Source of the DNA: Squalus acanthias
Taxonomy: Eukaryota
Reading direction: 5' to 3'
Assembly (NCBI GenBank): GCA_030390025.1
Contig: JASTWF010000070.1
Span: forward strand, 434,001-498,000
DNA: 64,000 nucleotides
Below the pieces are notes generated by a model. That model saw only the letters and a program-made list of their open reading frames with translations. It did no database searches and was not told where the DNA came from. Of the stretch, positions 12,800 through 24,140 are shown in pieces. The translations under genes and the position numbers were made by a program. How positions within the stretch are numbered: the first letter of the stretch is position 1; each line of letters starts with the position of its first letter.

Positions 12800-13384
12800 G
12801 GCTGGGAGGAGCCAGGAAAAGGAAGGAGGCAGATTTTTAATTCGGGATTTTTATTTAAATCAATTTGTGCCTGACTAAATTATTAGAATCGTAAACCTTT
12901 CATTTAAAAATGTTTAAACTCCAATTGGAGTATCTGCTAAGCGAAGGTTCCAAGATTTCGAAGATTTTGGCGTTTAATGAATATTTAGTCTGTGTTCTGT
13001 CCCAGAAAAATGAGGGGCGGATTGTAGAGATACGGATCAGCTGATGCACTTCGGCCGGAATCGTTCTGATAACGCGCTCTTACTCTCTGATATACTGCAT
13101 CAGATTTTAATATAATCTTTTCCCCCTAAAATAAATATTTCACAATAGACTGACGTCCCTTTCTCCAAATCAGCAGCAAAACAACACTGAATTTGTCAAT
13201 TTCTTTGAAATTGGTGTTTCAATTGAGAAATATGATTTGGGCTTCAGTCTGTAAATATATTTCTGATGAGAATATTCCTCAGGTGGAGTATAGAGCGAAT
13301 TAGATGAATGAGAAAGAGGAGAAGAAAGCGGCATTTTACACCCTGCCCCGGATTAAAGAGAAGTTGTTCTATTATAGTCTGAGT

Positions 13385-13833
13385 CATAGAAACATAGAAA
13401 CTAGGAGCAGGAGTAGGCCATTCGGCCCGTCGAGCCTGCTCCACCATTCAATACGATCATGGCTGATCATCCAAATCCAGTACCCTGTCCCTGCTTTCCC
13501 ACACAGAATCCCCATCGAGCCTGCACCGACACATATCCCACCCTATCCCCGTAACCCCACGTATTTAATTCCCCCTAACATATCCCATCCTATCCCCGTA
13601 ACCCCACATATTTAATCCCCCCCTAACACTAAGGGTCAATTTATCATAGCCAAATCAACCTAACCCACACATTTTTGGACTGTGGGAGGAAACCGTAGCA
13701 CCTGGAGGAAACCCACGCAGACACGGGGAGAATGTGCAAACTCCACACAGACAGTCACCCGAGGCCGGATTCGAACCCGGGTCCCTGGCGCTGTGAGGCA
13801 CCAGTGCTAACCACTATGCCACCGTGTCGCCCC
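13385..13833 (-). mobile_element. HE1-like tRNA-derived SINE with CR1-type tail
   Basis: GGTTCGAATCC B-box on minus and V-SINE core TGTGTGGAGTTTGCACATTCTCCCCGTGTCTGCGTGGGTTTCC; absent at the paralogous position ~535. Confidence 0.85.
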
Positions 13834-14566
13834 ATTTAAAACTCAGGAGGGCAAATAAAACTCGGCACAATATTAATAAAATGTCACCTTGCCTTTAATT
13901 TACTGCGGATCCGATTAATGCGCGCAGTTCCCGTTTTAAACTCTGTTCCAGTTGAATTATTAACCGGCGCGGTCAGTTGTTTCTGGGGCTCTGTGATGTT
14001 GAACACTTCCCTTGTTTGGAGTCCATCCCGAACTTCCCACACTGAGTCTTGTTCATGTTTTTAAAAGTCAGATTGAAGCTGGTTGGTGTCAGTTACTTGA
14101 GGGCGAAAGAAAATGCATTAAATTATTAATAAATGGGTTGGCTCGAGATATTAGCATCAAAGGAATAATATTTTTTTGTTTCATAAATAAATATCTGAAT
14201 TGTGTAACTGTGAAGTTAGATATTTGCCTGTTTCTTAGAAAAACACACAGAGCGGCCGGAGGGAAACTTGCCCCCGGGAGTAGCCGGCACTGAATTCGGG
14301 CAGGGATTGGTTCTCACCTGGACAAGGGGCTTTTCGGTGAAGCCCAGGCGCTTGGTTCTGTTTCTGCGATTGAACTGATCACTGATTCCTCTGGTCTGTT
14401 AAAATTATTAAAGGGGCTTTTGTGCTTTGACTGGAGCTGCTCTCTCAACCTTGCACAGGGAAGAAGAGCTTTGTCACTGCTGACAGTGAAACGGCTGACT
14501 GGAGAATCAATCATTGAAGAGCACTGGCCACACAGCGCACTGCACCTTGGGAACTGTAGTTCCACA

Positions 14567-16620
14567 TAGAATGCAACAGTTATACACTCCATTCTGACGC
14601 AAAAACACAAAAGGAAAAGCGGCCCAACCATGGCTAACAAAAGAAATTAAGGATAGTATTAGATCCAAAGAGGAGTCATATAAAGTGGTTAGAAAAAGTA
14701 GCAAGGCTGAGGATTGGGAAAATTTTAGAATTCAGCAAAAAAGAACCAAGAGATTGATTAAGAGGGGAAAAATAGAGTATGAGAGCAAAATTGCAAGGAA
14801 CATAAGAGCGGACTGTGAAAGCTTCTACAATTATGTAAAAATAAAAAAGATTAGTGAAGACAAATTTAGGTCCCTTACAGTCAGAAACGGGAGAATTTAT
14901 AATTAGTAACAAGGAAGTGGAAAGCAATTAATCAAATACTTTTGTTCGGTCTTCACGGAAGAGGACACAAATAAATTCCCAGAAATGCTAGGGAACGAAG
15001 CGTCTCGTCAGAAGGGGGAATTAAAGGAAGTTAGTATTCGTAAAATAATAGCGCTGGGGAAATTAATGGGACTGAAAGCTGATAAATCCTCAGGGCCTGA
15101 TAATTTGCATCCCAGAGTACTAAAAGAGGTAGCCATGGAAATAGTGGATGCATTGTTTGTCATCTTCCAAAATTCTATAGTTTATGGAACAGTTCCTGCA
15201 GATTGGAGGGTAGCAAATGTAACCCCACTGTTTAAAAAAGGAGGGAGAGAGAAAACAGGGAACTAAGTCCGGTTAGCCTAACATCAGTAGTAGGGAAAAT
15301 GCTAGAGTCTATTATAAAGCATCTGATAACAGGACACTTAGAAAATATCAATGGGATTAGACAAAGTCAACATGGATTTATGAAAGGGAAATCGTGTTTG
15401 ACAAACCTACTGGAGGTTTCTGAGGATGTAACTGGTAGAATAGATTAGGGAAAGCCAGTGGATGTGGTGTTTTTGTGTGCAGAATTAAAGCTCGTGGGAT
15501 TAGGGGTAATATACTGGCATGGATAGAAAATTGGTTAACAGAGAGGAATCAGTGAGTAGCATTAAATGGGTCTTTTTCGGGGTGGCAGGCAGTGACTAGT
15601 GGGGTACCGCAGGGATCAGTGCTTGGGCCCCAGCTATTCACAATATATATCAATGATTTGGACGAGGGAATCAAATGTAATATTTCCTAGTATGCTGACG
15701 ACACGAATCTAGGTGGAATTGTGAGTTGTGAGGAGGATGCAAAGAGGCTTCAAGGCGATTTAGACAAGTTGAGTGAGTGGGCAAATACATGGCAGATGCA
15801 GGTGGATAAATGTGAAGTTATCCACGTCGGTAGGAAAAACAGAAAGGGAGAGTATCATTTAAATGGTGATAGATTGGAAAATGTTGATGTACAAAGGGAC
15901 CTGGATGTCCTTGTACACCAGTTACTGAAAGTAAACATGCAGGTGCAGCAAGCAGTTCGAAAGGGAAATGGTATGTTGGCCTTCATTGCAAGAGGATTTG
16001 AGTAAAGGAACAAGGATGTCTTACTACAGTTATGCAGGGCCTTGGTGAGACCACACCTGGAGTACTGTGTGCAATTTATGTCTCCTTGTCTAAGAAAGGA
16101 TATACTTGCCATAGAGGGAGTGCAGCAAAGGTTCACCAGACTGATTCCTGGGATGACAGGACTGTCGTATGAGAAGAGATTGGGTCGACTAGGCCTGTAT
16201 TCACTAGAGTTTAGAAGAATGAGCGGGGATATCATTGAAACGTATAAAATTCTGACAGGGCTAGACAGACTGGATGCAGGGAGGATGTTTCCCCTGGCTG
16301 GGAGGTCTAGAACGAGGGGTCGCAATCTCAGGATACGGGGTAGGACATTTAGGACTGAGATGAGGAGAAATTTCTTCACTCCGAGGGTGATGAACCTGTG
16401 GAATTCTCTACCACAGACAGCTGTGGAGGCCAAATCACTGAATATACTTAAGAAGGAAATAGATAGATTTCTAGACACAAAAGGCATCAAGGGGTATGGG
16501 GTGAGAGCGGGAATATGGTATTGAGATGGAGGATCAGCCATGATCATATTCAATGGCGGAGCAGGCTCGAGGGGCCGAATGGCCTACTCCTGCTCCTATG
16601 TTTCTATGTTCCTATGTTTC
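14567..16620 (+). mobile_element. 5-prime-truncated CR1 LINE (ORF2 RT fragment)
   Basis: [36 protein letters not shown] and a CTATGTTT tail; absent at the paralogous sites 1265 and 57145. Confidence 0.93.
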
Positions 16621-16629
16621 TGTGGCCAA

Positions 16630-17595
16630 TAGCCAAGTCAGCGCGTCTATTGACACCACTGTGTCAGATCTAACTCACCACCACCTCTCTCGATCCATCC
16701 ACTGTCTCTAAATTGTCACACTGCTTGTCCAACATCCAGCACTGGATGAGCAGAAATTTACATCAACTAAATATTGGGAAGACTGAAGCCACTGTCTTCA
16801 GTGCCCGGCACAAATTCCCCTCCCTCGCCATGGACTCCATCCTACGCCCTGGCAGAACCAGACTGTTCACAACCTTGTTGTCATATCTGACCCTGAGATG
16901 TTCTTCGGACCACATATCTGCACCATAACTAAGACTGCCTATTTCCACCTCCGTAACATCGCCCATCTGCGGCCTTGCCTCAGCTCATCTGCGTCTGAAA
17001 CATTCATCCGTGCCTTTGTGACCTCTAGACTTGAATAAATTCCAAAGCACTTCTGGCCGGCCTCCCACATTCCAGCCTACTTAAACTTGAGGTCATCCGA
17101 AACTCGGTTACCCGTGTCCTAATTCTAACCAATACCTGTTCAATCATCACCCCTGCGCTCGCTGACCTACATTGGTTCCCGTGTAGGCAACAACTCGATT
17201 TTAAATGTCTCATCCTTGTTTTCAAATTCCTCCATGGCCTCACTATCCCTATCTCTGTAATTTCCTCCAGTCCCACAACCCTCCGAGATATCTATGCTCC
17301 TCTAATTCTGGCCTATTGGGCATCCCCAATTATAATCTCTCAACCATTGCGGGCTGTGTTTTCAGCTGCCTGTGCCCTAAGCTCTGGAAAACCCTCCCTA
17401 AACCTCTCCAACTCCCTACCTCGCTCTCTCCTCCTCTACCACGCTCCGTAAAACCTACCTCTGTGACCAAGCTTTTGGTTATCTGCCCTAATATATCGTT
17501 AGTTCTTACGTCGCTTTTCAGAAAACGCTCTTGTGAAGCACCTTGCGACATTTACTTCGTTAAAAGCACTATATAAATACCGGTTGTTGTTGTTG
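16630..17595 (+). mobile_element. L2-type LINE 3-prime fragment
   Basis: WMSRNLHQLNIGKTE motif and TTGTTG tail. Confidence 0.8.
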
Positions 17596-17779
17596 GAGTT
17601 GGATCGGGACTTAAGACAGGACTCACAGCAAACAGCATATTTTACAGCAAACAAACCTTATTTGCTGAGCAAACAGAGTTTATTTAAGCTGCGCAGTATA
17701 GCAAACAGTCTACAGAGTCTATTTAAAAATAGTCTGTACGAACTACAGCAAATAGAATTCCTGATGCAAACTACAGCAA

Positions 17780-17875
17780 CTCTCCCTCTCTCACTGTGTC
17801 TCTCTGACTCTCTCTCTCTCTGTGTCTCTCTCTTTCTCTCTCTCTCTCTCTGTCTCTCTCTCTCTTTCTCTCTCA
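17780..17875. repeat. (TC)n microsatellite
   Basis: Seen directly. Confidence 0.9.
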
Positions 17876-19524
17876 CCTGATTGCTCAGCGAACATGCGCA
17901 GGAAGTACAATGAGATATAGTTTACAATTTTGCTTAGATATTGTGATTCACACACATATCTAACAACTTAATCATGATTCTAGAAACAAAAATTGGGGAA
18001 TAAGCATCATTCAATCAAGAATGTTCACGGCAACAAATTTTTCAATTAAATGCAAGCAATGGTTACACACAAAACCATCATGAATAAATAGAAAGGTGTG
18101 TTTCTGCTATCAGGTAATGGATGCTAACCATATCCATTGGATGTAAACCTTCCTTTACAAACGCCAGTGATGCTAAATTTCAGAAGAAAAGATCTCTGGA
18201 AATTTCTCCTCAACTCCCTTACACCATCAAGCAAGCTCCAGCATAACATGGTTCCCAACAATTCCAGTTATACTTAATATACCTTCGACTTACTGCAATG
18301 TGTCATGCTGGATATTTCTCAAATTGTGGAATAGAATAGATTTCTGCAACTCTTTCTATTGCGCAAGGTGCAGGTTGTCTGTAAACACATGTGTGCAGAT
18401 ACCGGTAGGCATTCATTTATTGTGGATTGCATTTCATTCACAAGAACAATTTTTAGAAAACTTCTCCCAGGTATCATCGGATGGGTTCAGGCCTTCCCAA
18501 GTATGGCCTGGTGTTGGTCGGTTAAGTAGCGGATTTTGTGTCCTCAAATGGCCTTGTGGTTGATATCTCTGTTCGGAGAGCGTTCATTTCAGCATTTACA
18601 GAATATAACATCCTCTCCTGCTCGCGTCTGAGTCAGAAGGTAGTGGGTTCAAGTCCCACTCCAGAGGCTTGAGCACATAATCCAGGCTGATAACCCAGGG
18701 CCAGTACTGAGGGAGCGAAGCACTGTCGGAGGTGCTGCCTTTCGGATGAGATGTTAAACCGAGGCCCGATCTGCCCTCTCAGGTGGACGTTAAAGATCCC
18801 ACGCCCACTATTTCGTAGAAGAGCTGGGGTTCACCTGGTTAACATTTATCCCTCAAACAACATCACTAAAACAGATTATCTGGAAACCATAACGTTGCTG
18901 TTTGTGGGAGCTTGCTGTGCGCAATATTGCTACAGCGTTTCCAATATTACAACAGTGATTACACTTTAAAAGTACAGCCTTGTCTCTAAGCGTTTTGGGA
19001 CATCCTGAAATCTGGACTGGGAGTTGGACCCACAAACTTCCGAGAAAAGAGGCGAGAGTGCTAGCAACTGCAACACTGCTAACACCTGAACAAGCAATGG
19101 TTTACTTATCCTAGTTCAGTGTGAATCACTACTGCACTCTGGGGAAGAACACGGTTTCCCAATCTTTTATTTCAGAAATATAACGGGCGTGAACAAAACC
19201 TCTCAAGAAATAAGCAAAATTAATATACAGTTAATCAATCAGTCCCGTTTACTTAATTAGCCTAAGGTAAAAGGGTCAGAATGCACAGTACTCCGAATGA
19301 TGAGGCCTGGTTTTAAGATGCACTGAATGGAAACTCGCGACACAGCGCCCCTAGCGGCCAACATAAATATACACTAAAATCTACAACTTCTTTGAGAGAC
19401 CTGTTGGCCAATTAGGAGGTAGGATGTTTGGACATATATTTATCATATCCAGCATCAGCAATCCTCTTCTCATTCAAGAAATCATGACGGAATCTAATTA
19501 CAAAATAACAATTGATCAATTCCA

Positions 19525-19968
19525 GGGATGAGGTACTTCAGTTACGTGGATAGACTGGAGAAGCTGGGGTTGTTCTCCTTAGAGCAGAGAAGGTTGAGAG
19601 GAGATTTGATAGAGGTGTTCAAAATCGTGAGGGGTCTAGACAGAGTAGATAGAGACAAACTGTTCCCATTGGCGGAAGAGTCGAGAACCAGAGGACAGAG
19701 ATTTAAGGTGATTGGCAAAGGAACCAAAGCGACATAAGGAAAATGTTTTTTATGCAGCGAGTGGTTAGGATCTGGAATGCATTGCTTGAAAGGGTGATGG
19801 AGGCAGGCTCTATCATGGCTTTCGAAAGGGAGTTGGATAAGTTCCCGAAGGAAAAACTACGGGGAAAGGGCGGGGGTGGGATTAGCTGAAATGCTCTTGC
19901 AGAGAGCCGGCACGGGCTCGATCGGCGGAATGGTCTCCTTCTGTGCTGTAACCATTCTATGATCCTAT
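19525..19968 (+). mobile_element. CR1 3-prime fragment whose tail is the MITE target
   Basis: LEKLGLFSLEQRRLRGDLIEVF. Confidence 0.85.
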
Positions 19969-20721
19969 GGGGGAAAAATTCAGCTGCTTGCGCCTCCCGT
20001 TAGCGCCTTAAGAGGGCGCTAATGGGGCGTAAAGCAGCTAACGCCCGGGCGCAGCGCCGCCCACGCCTCCCGAAAAATTCAGCGGGAGGTTAGCGGCGGT
20101 AGCAGCCGGTAGCGCCCTGTGGCGCTGCGCCGCCGGCGATGACGTCATCGCCGTGCGCAGCACCCCGCTCGCGCCCCGGCCGTGATCTTCAGTCGCGCCC
20201 CCTGACTTACCGCCAGACGCTATGTCCGACGGGTTCAGGGAGGCGTACGTGCGGCCGGGGCGGCGATATTTAAAGGGGAGGTGGCAGGCGGCCATTTTTG
20301 TTGCTGGCCGCCTGCCAGCACCTGCCCCCGTTGCTGTCCCCGGCCCCCGTGAAGCCCCCCCACCGTGAAGTGCCGGCTGCGCTCCAAGAGCCCAGCACTT
20401 CTCTTGAGTGCCGGGCTCTTTTGCCGGCACTCCCGATCCCTGGGGGCCCAGCTGGGCCCCGGTTCGCGCTGCGCAGGGTCCCTCCCCTTTAAGAAGGGGA
20501 GGAAGGCCTGCAATACCGCGGCGCGACGTGCCGCAGCGCGCCAGGATATTCCCTCGCAGCGCCCCAAGAGGGATGCGGGGTGCTTCCAGTGGCGCCCCGC
20601 TTCCCTCATGGGGTGCAACCACTGAAGTTCCGGCGCGGGGCCGCTAATTTTTTCGGGGCGCTAAAATTCGCGCCCCGGCGAGGTTAGCGCCCCAAATGGG
20701 GCGCGACTCAATTTTTACCCC
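19969..20721 (+). mobile_element. GC-rich non-autonomous DNA transposon (MITE, PIF/Harbinger-like), copy 1
   Basis: TIRs GGGGGAAAAATT / AATTTTTACCCC, flanked by TAT..TAT. Confidence 0.8.
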
Positions 20722-20834
20722 TATGATTCTAAACTTCCAGTGCATTGTTCAAATTTAGGAAAACTTTTTTAATGTTTGCTTGCGGGAAGTTTACAACTAA
20801 CTGGCCACTAACTGGTGCTACAGTCATAGTCACA

Positions 20835-21608
20835 GGGGTAAAAATTGAGTCGCGCCCCACTTGGGGTGCTAACTTCGCCGGGGCGCGACTTTTAGCGCCC
20901 CGAAAAAATTAGCGGCCCCGCGCCGGAACTTCAGTGGTTGCGCCCCAAGAGGGAAGCGGGGCGCCACTGGAAGCACCCCGCATCCCTCTTGGGGCGCTGC
21001 GAGGGAATATCCTGGCGCTACGTGCTGCAGCGCCACGCGCTGCGGCACGTCGCGCCGCGGTATTGCAGGCCTTCCTCCCCTTCTTAAAGGGGAGGGACCC
21101 TGCGCAGCGCGAACCGGGGCCCAGCTGGGCCCCCAGGGATCGGGAGTGCCGGCAAAAGAGCCCGGCACTCAAGAGAAGTGCCGGGCTCTTGGAACGCTCC
21201 CGGCACTTCACGGTGGGGGGGGCTTCACGGGGGCCGGGGACAGCAACGGGGGCAGGTGCTGGCAGGCGGCCAGCAACAAAAATGGCCGCCTGCCACCTCC
21301 CCTTTAAATATCGCCGCCCCGGCCACACGTACGCCTCCCTGAACCCGTCAGACATAGCGTCTGGCGGTAAATCAGGGGGCGCGACTGAAGATCACGGCCG
21401 GGGCGCGAGCGGGGTGCTGCGCACGGCGATGACGTCATCGCCGGCGGCGCAGCCCCACAGGGCGCTACCGGCTGCCGCCGCCGCTAACCTCCCGCTGAAT
21501 TTTTCGGGAGGCGTGGGCGGCGCTGCGCCCGGGCGTTAGCTGCTTTACGCCCCATTAGCGCCCTCTTAAGGCGCTAACGGGAGGCGCAAGCAGCTGAATT
21601 TTTCCCCC
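20835..21608 (-). mobile_element. Same MITE, copy 2, inverted relative to copy 1
   Basis: Near-identical reverse complement of 19969-20721 with a ~20-nt insertion; flanks ACA..ATA. Confidence 0.8.
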
Positions 21609-21619
21609 ATAGAGTCATA

Positions 21620-22502
21620 GGGGTAAAAATTCACTTGGTTGCGCCACCCGTTAGCGCCTTAATGGGGCGCAAAGCCGCTAACGCCCGGGCGCAGCGATGT
21701 TTGCGCCGCTCGAGAACTTAACTTGAGATTGTGCGGCGGCGCTAAAACTTACCGCTGCGACCACCTGCGCGCGCAGATTGTGACGTCATTCCATGGTGCA
21801 ACGCCCTTGGGACGCCCCGTAGCGGAAATTGAGTGGCGCCCCCTGCCTTACCGCCTGGCGCTTCCAACGACCAGAAGACTGGAACGCTATCAATTGCTGT
21901 GGGGCGGGGGGGGGGCGCTATTTAAAGGGGGCCTCTTCCTGTCTTTTATTGTTGGTGGCATTTTTGAACTACGCATTCTGAGAGAGAGAGGGAGAGACTT
22001 CTGGAGAGATTCAACGTTGTGTGAAGGAGTTTTGGGTACTGAGCAGCACTTTGCAGGTTCATTTTGATTTGCCATTCCTTGTATCGATTTAGCAGAGACC
22101 GTGGGAGCTGCTCTCTGAGCTCTTTGCCTGGTGCTCTCCATTGTTCTTTCCAGCACATTTGATGTGCAAGTCTCTCCAGGCCGAGATTCTAGGCAGCAAT
22201 GAACAGGATGTGGATGGAATGAAAGATTAACCATCCCCTTTAAGAACTGGCCCGTGCCATTGTGTGTGTGTTCCATTGCTGACTGACATTACATGAGCTT
22301 CGCCAGCGCTCCGAGTTAGCGCCTCACTGCTCGGCCTTTGCGCCTTAAGAGAGGTGTGCAGCGCCTGCTTTAGCGCTCCACTCACCTCCCGGGGCGGTAA
22401 AAGTGAAGTTTCCCGTCAGTGGCGATAATTAGCGCCAGGCGCTAATATTTGCGTCCGGACGATATTTGCGCCCCAAATGGGGCGCGACCTAATTTCTACC
22501 CC
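21620..22502 (+). mobile_element. Related MITE with the same TIR type and a different interior
   Basis: GGGGTAAAAATT...AATTTCTACCCC with ATA..ATA TSD. Confidence 0.75.
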
Positions 22503-23859
22503 ATAGAGTCATACGGCACAGAAGGAGGCCATTCAGCCCATCGAGTCCGTGCCGGCTCTCTGAAGAGTAATCCAGTCAGTCCCATTCCCCTGCTCTATCC
22601 CTATAGCTGTGCAAGTTAATTTCCCTCAAGTGCCTATCCAGTCTCCCCTTGAAAACATTGAGTGTCTCCGCTTCCACCACTTCCGTCGGCAGCGAATTCC
22701 AGGTCCTCACCACTCGCTGTGTAAAAAAAAAATTCCTCACATCCCCCTGTATCTCTTGCCCAAAACCTTAAATCTGTGTCCCCTAGTCCTTGTACCATCA
22801 ACTAGTGCGAATAGCCTTTCCCCATCTAGCCTATACAGTGCCACCAGTCAAGGCAAAAAGTGCAGGAAAATGCGAGACCAGAACGTCCTCGTTGTTTAAT
22901 GTTAGTTGCACACTGCCATCGTACTGATACACTAGATTAGCTTTATAATACGCCACGCGGTGTTTGAAAAAGCAATACCTTCTACGTAAATCCTGGCGAG
23001 CGCAAAGCGATAGGAACATAAGAACAGGAGAATGCCGTTCAATTATATCACGGCTGATCTGTATCTTAACTCCACCGACCTGCCCTGGTTCCTTAACCCT
23101 TAATACCCTTAACCAACAAAAGTCTTTCAATCTCAGTTTTGAAATTTTCAATTGACCCCCAGCCTCAACGCTTTTTGGGAGAGAGAGTTCCAGATTTCCA
23201 CTGCACTTTTTGTGAAGAAGTGCTTCCTGACATCACCCCTGAACGGCCTGACTCGAATTTAAGATTATGCCCCCTTGTTCTGGACTCCCCCCACCAGATG
23301 AAATATTTTCTCTCTGTCGAAATGGAGTCAGCTGTAGCCGAGTTTCTAGCACCCTCGCTTTTGAGTCTGAAGGTTGTAGTTCAAGTCCCACTCCATAGAC
23401 TTGAGCCCAAAAATCTGGGCTGACATTCCAGTGCAGTATTGAGGGAGCGCTGCACTGTCAGAGCTGCCGTCTTTCAGATGAAGCATTAAACTGAGGCCCT
23501 GTCTGCCCTATTAGGTTGACGCAAAAGATGCAATGACAATAATTCAAGGAAATGCAGGGGAGTTCACGCTGGAGTCCTGGCCAATATCTATCCCTCATCC
23601 AGCATCACTAAAAAACATACGATCTGGTCATTATCACATTGGTCTTTGTGGGAGGTTTGCTGTGTGCAAATTGTCTGTTGCGTTTCCTACATTACAACAG
23701 TGACTACACTTCAAAAAGTACGTCATTGGCTGTAAAGCGCTTTGGGACGTCCAGTGTTGGTGAAAGGCGCTATATAAATGCAAGTCTTTTTATTTTCTAT
23801 CAACTTTAATCATCTTAAGCTCCTTAGTTTGAGATAGTTTAGGTGTTTGTTGAGAGTCT

Positions 23860-24140
23860 CTGTGGCTTTACATTGGAAGTAAAATTACTGTTTCCGCCTG
23901 CTGTGGATTCTTTCGTAAATCTAATGGATCCCATTCGAGTTCGCGTCTCTTTCCCGCCTTCTTTTTTGATGACATTTTCAATGCAGCAAAATCCGCCGAT
24001 GTGTCGAGTCTGGTCACGCAGGCCTCCCCGAGCCTGGAAAACATATTAAAACAAGGAAATATATAGATATTTAAATCGTGTTTATATCAGCTTACCCGTT
24101 CTCCATCAGACCCGGATCTGGCTTACTGTTTATCGGCAAC
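23860..24140 (-). pseudogene. Relic of receptor A-like cytoplasmic exons
   Basis: Shares TTTGCTGC..GTCATCAAAAAAGAAGGCGGG and intron sequence with 32150-32350. Acceptor at 24033, upstream donor GG|GTAAG at 24096. The ITIM Tyr region is disrupted. Confidence 0.7.

Noticed and set aside
18000-18600. Unique-looking segment, possibly a decayed transposase
   Set aside because: Multiple stops and no motif I can identify
20038-21539. Long 150-200 aa ORFs
   Set aside because: They arise from the GC-rich MITE interior, appear in several frames on both strands and have no recognisable domain
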